64,000 bases of DNA, from assembly GCA_038065455.1 (NCBI GenBank), contig JBBTQX010000002.1, positions 6,779 to 70,778 on the forward strand. The letters run 5' to 3'. The notes beneath the pieces were generated by a model. The model searched no databases, was not told the origin of the DNA, and saw nothing but the letters and a program-made list of their open reading frames with translations. The DNA comes from Patescibacteria group bacterium. Its GTDB lineage: Bacteria > Patescibacteriota > Minisyncoccia > UBA6257 > GWB1-50-10. A program made the position numbers and the translations under genes. Positions 27,448 through 35,298 of the stretch are shown piece after piece (position 1 is the first letter of the stretch; every line of letters begins with the position of its first letter).

Positions 27448-28749
27448 TTAATTTGAAACTCTTTTGATGTCGGCTCCGAGGAAGCTCAAGCGCTCCACGA
27501 TCTTTTCGTACCCCCGGTCTATTTCATGCACGCCCAATATTTCCGATTCCCCTTCCGCAATCAAAGCCGCGAGCACATGGGCGATGCCCGCCCGCAAGTC
27601 CGGCACCGTGAGCGTCGCGCTATGAAGTTTCGTCGGCCCCTTCACGATTGCGCTATGCGGACAATTCTTTTCTTTGAAACGGCAAGGAACTTCGCTCAAA
27701 CATTCATTTACCACTCTAATGTCCGCGCCCATTAAATTCAAGTCTTCAATATAGCCGAAGCGAGCTTCATAGACGGTTTCGTGGATGATTGATTCGCCCT
27801 GCGCCTGCGTGAGCATAGTCAGAAACGGCTGTTGCCAGTCCGTCATAAAACCCGGATGGGTGTCGGTTTCCAACTTGATGCCGGTCAATGGCCGCGCCCG
27901 GAAGAAAAGAATGCCCTCACTCGTCACTTCATACTCTCCGCCGATTCGCCTTAAATTATTCAAAAATGTGATGAGGTCGCCCTGGTCGGCTCCCTTCACC
28001 AATATCTTCCCGTTCGTCGCGACCGCAAGGCACGCGAAAGAAACGGCCTCATTCCTGTCCGGCAATACCTTATGCCGCGCGCCATACAGTTTTGGAACGC
28101 CGTAAATCGTGACGGTGCGGTTTGTGCCAATCTCGATGATTGCCCCCATTTTCTGGAGCATCTTTATCAAGTCCGTGATTTCCGGCTCGACGGCAGAATT
28201 GATAATGGTTGTCTTCCCCTCGGCCAAAACCGAAGCGAATATTATCTGCTCCGTCGCACCGACGCTGGGATATTTTAAGGCAATAGTCGCTCCCTTGAGC
28301 CTTCCCGTGATTCTCGCCTTATATGAATCGGGGCTAGCTTCTATCTCTGCTCCAAGCGCCTTCAGGGATTCCAAATGCATATCCACGGGCCGCGGGCCGA
28401 TCTTATCTCCGCCCACGATCGGCACCTCCGCCTCCCCCGCCCGATTCAGAAGCGGCCCCAAAGCCAGAATCGATACTCGATTTTTTTGATTCAGGGAAAT
28501 CGCCTTGGTGTTTTTTATCTCCGGCGTCCTTATGACCAGATTGGAATCGATGGATTTTATTTCGCTTCCCAGCGCCACGCAAAGCTCTTTTACGATTTCC
28601 GCATCCCCGATTCGGGGGAAATTCTCGAACACGCACTCCTCATCGGTTAAAAGCGAGACGATGAGCATTTTCGTCGCCGCGTTCTTCGCCCCGGCCAGTT
28701 TTATTTCGCCCGTGAGCGGCCGCCCACCCCGGATTATGAATTTATCCAC
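27448..28749 (-). CDS. murA: UDP-N-acetylglucosamine 1-carboxyvinyltransferase
   Basis: EPSP-synthase fold motifs (K..GAKNA); 433 aa; apparent GTG start. Confidence 0.85.
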   Translation of the reverse strand: MDKFIIRGGRPLTGEIKLAGAKNAATKMLIVSLLTDEECVFENFPRIGDAEIVKELCVALGSEIKSIDSNLVIRTPEIKNTKAISLNQKNRVSILALGPLLNRAGEAEVPIVGGDKIGPRPVDMHLESLKALGAEIEASPDSYKARITGRLKGATIALKYPSVGATEQIIFASVLAEGKTTIINSAVEPEITDLIKMLQKMGAIIEIGTNRTVTIYGVPKLYGARHKVLPDRNEAVSFACLAVATNGKILVKGADQGDLITFLNNLRRIGGEYEVTSEGILFFRARPLTGIKLETDTHPGFMTDWQQPFLTMLTQAQGESIIHETVYEARFGYIEDLNLMGADIRVVNECLSEVPCRFKEKNCPHSAIVKGPTKLHSATLTVPDLRAGIAHVLAALIAEGESEILGVHEIDRGYEKIVERLSFLGADIKRVSN

Positions 28750-28757
28750 GCATCCAT

Positions 28758-28831
28758 TATACCCGGTATTACAATGTTTAGAAAAGTTGCTGGTTCATTT
28801 TTTTTTGATTAGGTTTGTAATACCGGGTATA
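28758..28831. repeat. long hairpin (17-bp perfect stem TATACCCGGTATTACAA / TTGTAATACCGGGTATA, 40-nt loop) in the murA 5' region
   Basis: Perfect inverted repeat 9 nt upstream of the murA start and 15 nt from the GIY-YIG element. Confidence 0.5.
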
Positions 28832-28846
28832 TTATTAAAGGTATGT

Positions 28847-29128
28847 ATCCCGTTAGAGACATTTCTATGTATTACAATTACGTTTTAAGAAGCAAAAAAG
28901 ATGGGAAATGGTATACTGGCTACACGAATGATCTACGGAAGCGCTTTAGCCAGCACAATAGCGATAAATTCCCTCAATGGACCAAAAATCGGGGTCCTTT
29001 TGAAATCATATACTATGAAGCCTGCAAAGATCTGCAAGATGCAAGGTCGAGGGAATATTATCTAAAAACAGGAATGGGTAAACGTTATATCAAAAATAGG
29101 CTAAAGCGCTTCCTGTCTCTAACGGGAT
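28847..29128 (+). mobile_element. G-family coding element: 282-bp unit with perfect 15-bp TIRs enclosing only a GIY-YIG nuclease ORF
   Basis: ATCCCGTTAGAGACA at 28847-28861 and TGTCTCTAACGGGAT at 29114-29128; AT-rich (~37% GC); flanks ATGTAT / ATGAAC; the TIRs encode the ORF's N- and C-termini. Confidence 0.7.
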
Positions 29129-29130
29129 GA
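28867..29130 (+). CDS. GIY-YIG nuclease family protein (YhbQ/YazA UPF0213-like, ~87-95 aa)
   Basis: YYNYVLRS..DGKWYTGYTNDLRKRFSQHN ... RGPFEIIYYE...AR.REYYLK. GIY-YIG motifs with the catalytic Arg and Glu in place. An alternative ATG at 28843 lies inside the left TIR. Confidence 0.7.
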   Translation: MYYNYVLRSKKDGKWYTGYTNDLRKRFSQHNSDKFPQWTKNRGPFEIIYYEACKDLQDARSREYYLKTGMGKRYIKNRLKRFLSLTG

Positions 29131-30371
29131 ACCTCAAAACCCGGCGAACTCTCTTTTACTTCTTCATTCTCATATTCGTCCTTGCGGGCGCTTATCTCCT
29201 CGCAACCGCCCAGGGGCTGGTCCTGGATTTCAAAAATCTGAAGATTACCGGCACTGGCGGGCTCTTTTTGAAGTACGTTCCGCCCGACGCGACTGTGGAA
29301 TTGAACGGCAAAAAAACCGATGTTTCGCCCGGCCTCGTTTCGAGCGGAATTTTCATCTCTAAATTAATTCCCGACGAATACCGGGTAAAGATTTCAAAAC
29401 CGGGCTTCTCTGCCTGGGAAAAGACACTCGCGGTTAAGAACGGCGCGGTGGCTTCGGCGAGCCAAATCAGGCTCTGGCCCGAAGTCTGGGATTTGAATGT
29501 CATTACGACGAGCTCCGTCCGGGATTTCCGGCTCACGGGTGCGGGTCTAGTACTCCAAGGAAAAAACGGAACTCTTCGGCTGGACGGATTTTCTTTGGGA
29601 AACAGGAGTGTCGCTTTGAGCGGGCCGGACTCGTCCCTCATCGTTACGACCGATGAAAAAGAAAATTTTGTAACCAATCTCGAAGATTTGTCACCCGCGC
29701 TCGATATCGTCCGGCTCTTTAATTCGCTGAAACAAAGCCAGTTGAATCTTCCCGGCACGATCATTCCTAAAAATTACTTCCTTCATCCCTTTAACGCCAA
29801 AATTCTCATCACGACCGGAAACGCGCTTTACTCGCTCGATATCAAAAGATTGAGACTTGAAAAACTGACCGATATGGCAGGAATTAAGAAGGCGGAATTA
29901 AGGGGAAACGAAATGTTTCTTTTCGATATGAAAGACAATATAACGACATTCAATCTTTTTCTCCAAACTGCCAGAATTTATGAATCGACCTCCACCGAAG
30001 CCATCGGAATAGGAGCGAGCCTGGCCGGCTTGCCGGCCCCCGACGGGAAAAAGATTTTTTTGCTTTCAAAAAACGACACGCTTTCTTTGAAAGTTTTGGA
30101 AAATTATTATGCCGACGGCGAAGTGAGAAAGGGCGATATGTGGCCCGTTTTTTCCGACCGGGGCAAAATAACGGATTTCAAATGGTTGAATGGCAATTCT
30201 AATTATGCGCTGGTACTTGCCGAAAAAAACTTGTTCATCGTTGAAACCGACCGGCGCACCCCGCAGAATATCCGACTCATATCCCAAGGAGTGGAAAAAT
30301 TCGCGACGGAGGGAAACGATCTCTATATCCTCAAAACCGACGGCACGCTTCTGAGGGCGAGTTTGAAGTAG
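29127..30371 (+). CDS. PEGA-domain envelope protein (hypothetical)
   Basis: N-terminal TM helix; PEGA-like segment (VPPDATVELNGKKTD...YRVKISKPGFSAWEKTLAVKNG). Its ATG is formed by the element's flank. Confidence 0.45.
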   Translation: MNLKTRRTLFYFFILIFVLAGAYLLATAQGLVLDFKNLKITGTGGLFLKYVPPDATVELNGKKTDVSPGLVSSGIFISKLIPDEYRVKISKPGFSAWEKTLAVKNGAVASASQIRLWPEVWDLNVITTSSVRDFRLTGAGLVLQGKNGTLRLDGFSLGNRSVALSGPDSSLIVTTDEKENFVTNLEDLSPALDIVRLFNSLKQSQLNLPGTIIPKNYFLHPFNAKILITTGNALYSLDIKRLRLEKLTDMAGIKKAELRGNEMFLFDMKDNITTFNLFLQTARIYESTSTEAIGIGASLAGLPAPDGKKIFLLSKNDTLSLKVLENYYADGEVRKGDMWPVFSDRGKITDFKWLNGNSNYALVLAEKNLFIVETDRRTPQNIRLISQGVEKFATEGNDLYILKTDGTLLRASLK

Positions 30372-30381
30372 AAGACGAATT

Positions 30382-30750
30382 TTAAAAAATATCAGAGACT
30401 CTAGTCAGTGCAAGCCGATTCATGACTTCATCGTCATAGTTATCCATATGGACACAGATGCAAAGTAAGACGATAACGGCGCCTTTTACTGCGAACCACA
30501 TTCGGGGATACTGATTGGGTCTTAAATTATCATTAGGAACAACGAGTTCTACTTTCCATAAGGTCCAGATATCATTCTGCGTTACCCTGTGTAATTTTGC
30601 CGGGGCTATTATTTGCTTCGGATTCTCCGGATTGAATTGAAATTCGCACAACCTCTTGAATGAATCTAAACCGTCTTTAAGATGACGAAATCGCCGCTCA
30701 AGGGCGGCGATTTCTTTTTCTATGCCGTCATGATACAGAAATTCAATCAT
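30382..30750 (-). CDS. hypothetical 122-aa protein with a C-terminal hydrophobic helix; candidate toxin partner (PanT-like) of the upstream antitoxin
   Basis: 4-nt ATGA overlap with the upstream gene; AT-rich; hydrophobic stretch MWFAVKGAVIVLLCICV; no recognisable family. Confidence 0.35.
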   Translation of the reverse strand: MIEFLYHDGIEKEIAALERRFRHLKDGLDSFKRLCEFQFNPENPKQIIAPAKLHRVTQNDIWTLWKVELVVPNDNLRPNQYPRMWFAVKGAVIVLLCICVHMDNYDDEVMNRLALTRVSDIF

Positions 30751-31238
30751 AGGTCGCTGAAATCCGTACCGCGATAGAACGCGAGTTCATATGAAATATC
30801 CTCTCCCGGCTTCGTCCCAACATATGGGGCCTCAGCATGGGAAAGTTCGCCAAGCTGTTTTCCATTCAATTGGCCGTATTTTATGGCAACGCGATCAAGC
30901 ATTCTTCTTTCTTCGATATCTAATATTAATTCATCCGGTTCCGCCAAAGAACTGTAAACCTCAATTGGATTATATCCATTTCCCAATTCGACGGCTTTGG
31001 CAAGAAGTATTTTTTTCTCGGACATTTCCGATATAATTTTCTCAAAAGAGACTGGTACTGGCCCCATAGGAAGGGCTTTATATGTATCCCCAGTTATAGG
31101 TTTCTGATTCTTTTCGAAGAAATCAAAATCAGCAAAATAAAGGAGTTTTGCTAGTTTTTTCTTCCCTTGGATTTCACCTCCTAATTTCTTACAGAGATAT
31201 AGTATAACTTGCTGATATTTCTTCTTTTGGAGGGTCAT
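30747..31238 (-). CDS. Panacea/DUF4065 (SocA-like) antitoxin-domain protein
   Basis: KKLAKLLYFADFDFF...PITGDTYKALPMGPVPV matches the DUF4065 signature (KLqKLLYfaD...GPV). Confidence 0.55.
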   Translation of the reverse strand: MTLQKKKYQQVILYLCKKLGGEIQGKKKLAKLLYFADFDFFEKNQKPITGDTYKALPMGPVPVSFEKIISEMSEKKILLAKAVELGNGYNPIEVYSSLAEPDELILDIEERRMLDRVAIKYGQLNGKQLGELSHAEAPYVGTKPGEDISYELAFYRGTDFSDL

Positions 31239-31353
31239 TTTACTTAACAGTATTATACCACAATAAAACTCAAAACAACAAGAAAATGGCTATCTGAATA
31301 GTAAAATGAAGACTTAACTTAAATGTTTCAATGCTCCTTCTCAATGCAACAGT

Positions 31354-31382
31354 GGAAAAAAAATCCCCGAAGGGATTTTTTT
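31354..31382. terminator. bidirectional intrinsic terminator after rpsI
   Basis: A7-ATCCC-cgaa-GGGAT-T7. Confidence 0.55.
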
Positions 31383-31833
31383 AACGCTTGCGCCACTGTT
31401 GCGGCCGTCTCGCTTTCCGCAGGCCGTATTTCTTGCGCTCCACCTTCCGGGGGTCGCGTTTCATAAAGCCGAGGGATTTCAATTTGGAACGCCAGGTGGG
31501 ATTCAAAGCGACGAGGGCGCGAGACAAGCCGAGCCGGATGGCTTCTGCCTGGGAACTCAAGCCACCTCCTCCAACCAATGCCGTCGCGTGGTATTCCTTG
31601 AGCGAAAGCTCGCCGAAGGGAGCGAGGACGGTCTTCTGCAATTTCGCGGTCGGAAAATATTCGGAAAAGGGCAAATCATTCACGATAATCTCCGGAGTCT
31701 TGCTCGCCGCTTTGCGGCCGGAAAAAAGCCGGACGCGGGCGACCGCGGTCTTCCGGCGGCCGATAGCCTCGATATATTTATCCTTTTCCTTTTCAATTTT
31801 CTTCGCCGGATGGGCGGTTGTTTTCGAAGGCAT
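31381..31833 (-). CDS. rpsI: 30S ribosomal protein S9 (basic N-terminal extension)
   Basis: GRRKTAVARV...GGG..SQAEAIRLGLSRAL...RRPQ.SKR. Start set at the internal Met (MPSK), which abuts the rplM stop. Confidence 0.85.
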   Translation of the reverse strand: MPSKTTAHPAKKIEKEKDKYIEAIGRRKTAVARVRLFSGRKAASKTPEIIVNDLPFSEYFPTAKLQKTVLAPFGELSLKEYHATALVGGGGLSSQAEAIRLGLSRALVALNPTWRSKLKSLGFMKRDPRKVERKKYGLRKARRPQQWRKR

Positions 31834-31834
31834 T

Positions 31835-32176
31835 TTATTTTTCGATAATGAGATTTTTAAGCCGTTTCGCATTCAGGCGGTTTTTGGGCAACATCAGGCG
31901 CACGGCGTGCCGGAGAACCCAGGCCGGATTCTTTTTGAAAACATCGGCGAATTTCCGCTCCTTGAGATGTCCCAGGGGGCCGGTGTGCTTATAATAAATC
32001 TTCTGATTGGTCTTCTTGCCGGAAACGGCGATTTGCGAAGCGTTCGTGACCAGTACCCGGTCGGTATTCATAAGCCGCGGATTATAATTCGGGCTCTTCT
32101 TACCTTGGAGCAAAAAAGCTATCTCCGAGGAGAGCCGGCCTAATTTTTTGTTTTTCGCGTCGATTTGATGGTCCAT
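31835..32176 (-). CDS. rplM: 50S ribosomal protein L13
   Basis: Conserved L13 core (LGRL.S.IA..L.GK). Confidence 0.85.
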   Translation of the reverse strand: MDHQIDAKNKKLGRLSSEIAFLLQGKKSPNYNPRLMNTDRVLVTNASQIAVSGKKTNQKIYYKHTGPLGHLKERKFADVFKKNPAWVLRHAVRLMLPKNRLNAKRLKNLIIEK

Positions 32177-32177
32177 A

Positions 32178-32531
32178 TTATTTTACGAATTCGATGACGG
32201 CCATTTTGGAGCCGTCGTGCTTCCTCGGAGTAACCGTTTTTACCACCCGGGTGTATCCCCCTTTCCGCTCTTTATAGCGCGGGGCGATTTCGTGGTAAAC
32301 CTTGTAGGCTGCCGCTTTCGGCAATTTCTCCAAAAGCAGTTTCATTCCGGCCAGATTTTGCTGTTTGCCGTAGGTGATATAGCGCTCCACGATGCCCTTC
32401 AATTCCTTGGCGCGCGCCTCGGTCGTCGTAATCTTTTCGTGGCTCACAAGGTTATTGGCCAGAATCCTCAAAAAAGACCTGCGAGGGCCTTTTTTCAAAC
32501 CGAATTTTCTCCCCTTGTGCATGTGCCGCAT
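32178..32531 (-). CDS. rplQ: 50S ribosomal protein L17
   Basis: MRH..KGRK.G conserved L17 N-terminus. Confidence 0.9.
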   Translation of the reverse strand: MRHMHKGRKFGLKKGPRRSFLRILANNLVSHEKITTTEARAKELKGIVERYITYGKQQNLAGMKLLLEKLPKAAAYKVYHEIAPRYKERKGGYTRVVKTVTPRKHDGSKMAVIEFVK

Positions 32532-33278
32532 TTATTTTTCTTTCTTTTTCTTTTCGGGTTTGCCGGAAATCAATTCCGCCGGAACTACTTCGATGGCCAG
32601 AACTTTGTCGAAATGGTCTTTCAAAATATTGCTCGCCTTGTGGAGCGCCTCCGAAGGGCTAATGGAGCCGTCGGTCTCTATTTCCAATTTCAAGCGGTTA
32701 TAATCGGTGCGGTCGCCCACGCGCATATCTTCCGAGTGGAAGGATACCCGGACAACCGGGGAAAAGATGGCATCAAGCACGATCGTGCCGACCGAAAGCC
32801 TCTCCATCCGGCGGGATTCGCTCATCACGTAGCCCAAGCCCTTTTCGACGGTGATTTCCATATCCAAATCGGCGGACTTTTTCGAAAGAGTCGCGAGATG
32901 CAAATCCTTGTTGATTACCCGCACGAGCGTGGAAGATTCGATATCCTCCGCCTTCACTTCCTTCTCGCCTTTCACGTGAAGTTTTAAAGTCTGCGGCTCA
33001 TCGGCGGTAAAATGAAAGCGGACTTTCTTCAGGTTCAACGTGAACTCCACGATATCCTCCACCATGCCGGGCAAAGTCGAAAATTCATGGTCTATATTCT
33101 TAATCTTAATCTGAGTAATAGCCGAACCCGGAAGCGAGGAAAGGAGCGCGCGCCGAAAAGCATTCCCCAAAGTGACGCCATAACCGGTAAAAAGACCTTC
33201 AATGTAAAAAACACCGATATTGTCCTTTTCGGAAATTTTCTTGACCTCGACCGCTTCGCTGATATGTGTATATTTCAT
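32532..33278 (-). CDS. rpoA: DNA-directed RNA polymerase alpha subunit, N-terminal domain only (248 aa; no alpha-CTD)
   Basis: Alpha-NTD motifs (EPLERGYG-like GVTLGNAFRRALLSS); the ORF ends against rplQ, leaving no room for a C-terminal domain. Confidence 0.8.
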   Translation of the reverse strand: MKYTHISEAVEVKKISEKDNIGVFYIEGLFTGYGVTLGNAFRRALLSSLPGSAITQIKIKNIDHEFSTLPGMVEDIVEFTLNLKKVRFHFTADEPQTLKLHVKGEKEVKAEDIESSTLVRVINKDLHLATLSKKSADLDMEITVEKGLGYVMSESRRMERLSVGTIVLDAIFSPVVRVSFHSEDMRVGDRTDYNRLKLEIETDGSISPSEALHKASNILKDHFDKVLAIEVVPAELISGKPEKKKKEK

Positions 33279-33296
33279 TTTTTTGTTTTATAAAAT

Positions 33297-33896
33297 TTAA
33301 CGCGAATAGAATTGGCCGACCACGTTTATATCGAAAGGTAGTTGCACTCCGGTAACGGGCGGTTTTGCCACGCACTCGCCTTTCAATTCCTCCGCTTTGA
33401 GCTTAAGCCACTCAGGCGGGGTGTATTGCTTCAACCGGAGTTGAATATCATCGAAAATCTTCGCCGAGCGGGATTCGGGCCGCACAGCAATAATGTCTTT
33501 AACCCTAACATAATAGGAAGGAATTGTCACTTTTCGGCCATTCACGTGGATATGGCCGTGGGAGACGAGCTGGCGGGCGATTCTCGGAGACTTCGCGAAT
33601 CCCAAAAGAAAAACCACGTGGTCGAGGCGGCTTTCGAGCTTGGTCATAATGCCGTCTTTGTCGGAATTCCGGAACATTCTCATCATCTGATGATTATTCA
33701 GCCCGTAAAGAATTTGGATTTTCTGTTTTTCCTGGAGCTGCTTTCCGAATTCGGAAACGGAGTGGCGCGCCTGGCCGTGCTGGCCCGGGCGGTAAGGATG
33801 GCGTACCATCGCGCACTTCGGCGAATTACAGCGGTCTCCCTTGAGGAAGAGTTTGATGCCCAGCGATCTTTCTTTTTTCTCTTTGATTCTTTTCAT
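33297..33896 (-). CDS. rpsD: 30S ribosomal protein S4
   Basis: Zn-ribbon CNSPKC, S4 domain. Start at the internal Met (MKRIKEKK), whose ATG is the flank of MITE B. Confidence 0.85.
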   Translation of the reverse strand: MKRIKEKKERSLGIKLFLKGDRCNSPKCAMVRHPYRPGQHGQARHSVSEFGKQLQEKQKIQILYGLNNHQMMRMFRNSDKDGIMTKLESRLDHVVFLLGFAKSPRIARQLVSHGHIHVNGRKVTIPSYYVRVKDIIAVRPESRSAKIFDDIQLRLKQYTPPEWLKLKAEELKGECVAKPPVTGVQLPFDINVVGQFYSR

Positions 33897-34018
33897 CCCG
33901 TTTAGAGACAGGATACGCTTAAGAAGCATATCCGTGAAGCATTAGCCGATTCGACTTTATTGGATTCTATTGATTGTTTGATAATCATGTTATTCATAAG
34001 TTTGATGTCTCTAACGGG
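33897..34018. mobile_element. G-family MITE copy B (122 bp)
   Basis: CCCGTTTAGAGACA..TGTCTCTAACGGG; flanks TTCAT|..|ATTCAT; subterminal hairpin GGATACGC-ttaagaa-GCATATCC. Confidence 0.75.
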
Positions 34019-34030
34019 ATTCATATTTTT

Positions 34031-34175
34031 ACCAGGCAGTGAAAATGCGATTGCAAATCGTGATTGAATCGACGATTCTCGCTATTTCCAATGACCTTTT
34101 ATTTATATTCATATGTTTTGATATTATGATGGTTTTCGATTTGAATTCAATCTAATCGCATTTCTACTGCCTGGT
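34031..34175. repeat. E-family inverted-repeat element E3 (145 bp)
   Basis: ACCAGGCAGTGAAAATGCGATTGCAAATCG .. AATCTAATCGCATTTCTACTGCCTGGT; interior homologous to E2 (GATTGCAAAT, TGAATCGA, TTGACCTTT, CATAT); ends on the rpsK stop codon. Confidence 0.6.
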
Positions 34176-34624
34176 TAAACCCTTCTGGTCTTGGCCGGAC
34201 GCGGTCCGTTGTGCGGAATCGGCGTCACATCCTTGATGGACAGTATATTCAAGCCCTTGCCGGCGAAAGAACGGATGGCGGAATCGCGGCCGCTACCCAC
34301 GCCGCGCACGAAAATCTCCACGGTATTCGGGCCGGTCTTTTCCAATTTCTGGGCAATGGCTTCGGCGACTTTGGAAGACGCGAAAGGAGTCGCCTTCTTG
34401 GGTCCGGAAAATCCCAAAGAGCCAGCGGACATCCATGTAATCACGGCACCCTTATCGTCGGTTACGGTAATAATGGTGTTATTATAGGTGGCTTGAATAT
34501 AGATACGGCCGTTTTCCCAGTGCTGTTTGGATGTGGACGAAGATTGCTTAGCCGGCGCCTTTTCGGCCGTCCCCGCTTCCTTCACCGCTTCGTCTTTGGT
34601 TTTTATGACTTTTTTCTTTCCCAT
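34175..34624 (-). CDS. rpsK: 30S ribosomal protein S11 (N-terminal lysine/alanine-rich extension)
   Basis: Conserved S11 core (A.I.ATFNNTI.T.TD..G....W.S.G..GF.G.KK.TPFAA). Confidence 0.85.
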   Translation of the reverse strand: MGKKKVIKTKDEAVKEAGTAEKAPAKQSSSTSKQHWENGRIYIQATYNNTIITVTDDKGAVITWMSAGSLGFSGPKKATPFASSKVAEAIAQKLEKTGPNTVEIFVRGVGSGRDSAIRSFAGKGLNILSIKDVTPIPHNGPRPAKTRRV

Positions 34625-34685
34625 TTGCCGATTATATATGAATTTTCGAGTCTACAGACGATGAAAATTCATCCATAGAATCGAG

Positions 34686-34786
34686 CACCCCGCCATCATC
34701 CCCGACTTGGAGCAGGATATTTTCTTTCATTATGATTTTCGTTATTTTATTGTTTTTCATATTTTTAGTGTAATGATGGCGGGGTA
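34686..34786. repeat. inverted repeat CACCCCGCCATCAT / ATGATGGCGGGGT bounding an AT-rich ~75-nt core in the rpsM-rpsK spacer
   Basis: 13/14-bp inverted repeat; the adjacent hairpin ATGAATTTTC/GAAAATTCAT at 34638-34673 may be a degenerate E-family remnant. Confidence 0.4.
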
Positions 34787-34795
34787 AGTGTTCCC

Positions 34796-35179
34796 TTATT
34801 TCAAATCGACTTTCCGCTTGCCACTACCGGCCGTCTTCCTGACGTTGCCGCGCACCGTCCGGGAATTCGTTTTCGTCCGCTGGCCGCGCACCGGAAGCTT
34901 TCGCAAATGACGCACGCCGCGATAGGCTTTAATATCTTTCAAGCGAGCGATGTTCTGTTTTATCACTTGCCGCAACTCTCCCTCAATCTTGTAGTTCTTC
35001 TCTATCATTGATTGGATGCGGTTCACCTCGTCCGGCGCCAAATCCTTCGCTCGTTTTTGGAGGTCGATTTTCGCGCCGACCAAAACCTTGGCGGCCAAGG
35101 TCGGGCCAATGCCGTAGATGTAGCCCAAGGCCACGTAGATTTTTTTGTTATCGGGTATGTTTACTCCGGCGATTCTCAT
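34796..35179 (-). CDS. rpsM: 30S ribosomal protein S13
   Basis: MRIAGVNIP...K.....L..IYGIG conserved S13 N-terminus. Confidence 0.9.
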   Translation of the reverse strand: MRIAGVNIPDNKKIYVALGYIYGIGPTLAAKVLVGAKIDLQKRAKDLAPDEVNRIQSMIEKNYKIEGELRQVIKQNIARLKDIKAYRGVRHLRKLPVRGQRTKTNSRTVRGNVRKTAGSGKRKVDLK

Positions 35180-35181
35180 AA

Positions 35182-35298
35182 TTATCCTTGTCTTTGTTTA
35201 TGCCTCGGGTTCTTGGCACATATGACGTAAACCCGCCCTTTTCGACGGACGGTCTTGCAAACGCTGCAGATTTTTTTTACCGATGCTCTGACTTTCAT
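35182..35298 (-). CDS. rpmJ: 50S ribosomal protein L36
   Basis: Hand translation [38 protein letters not shown], with the CxxC..C..H zinc ribbon. The ATG is supplied by the MITE C flank. Confidence 0.85.
   Translation of the reverse strand: MKVRASVKKICSVCKTVRRKGRVYVICAKNPRHKQRQG

Noticed and set aside
28843-28866. Upstream ATG (MYPVRDIS) as the true start of the GIY-YIG protein
   Set aside because: The second Met gives the canonical GIY-YIG N-terminus (YYNYVLRS). The first ATG lies inside the terminal repeat and its flank. It is kept as an alternative only.
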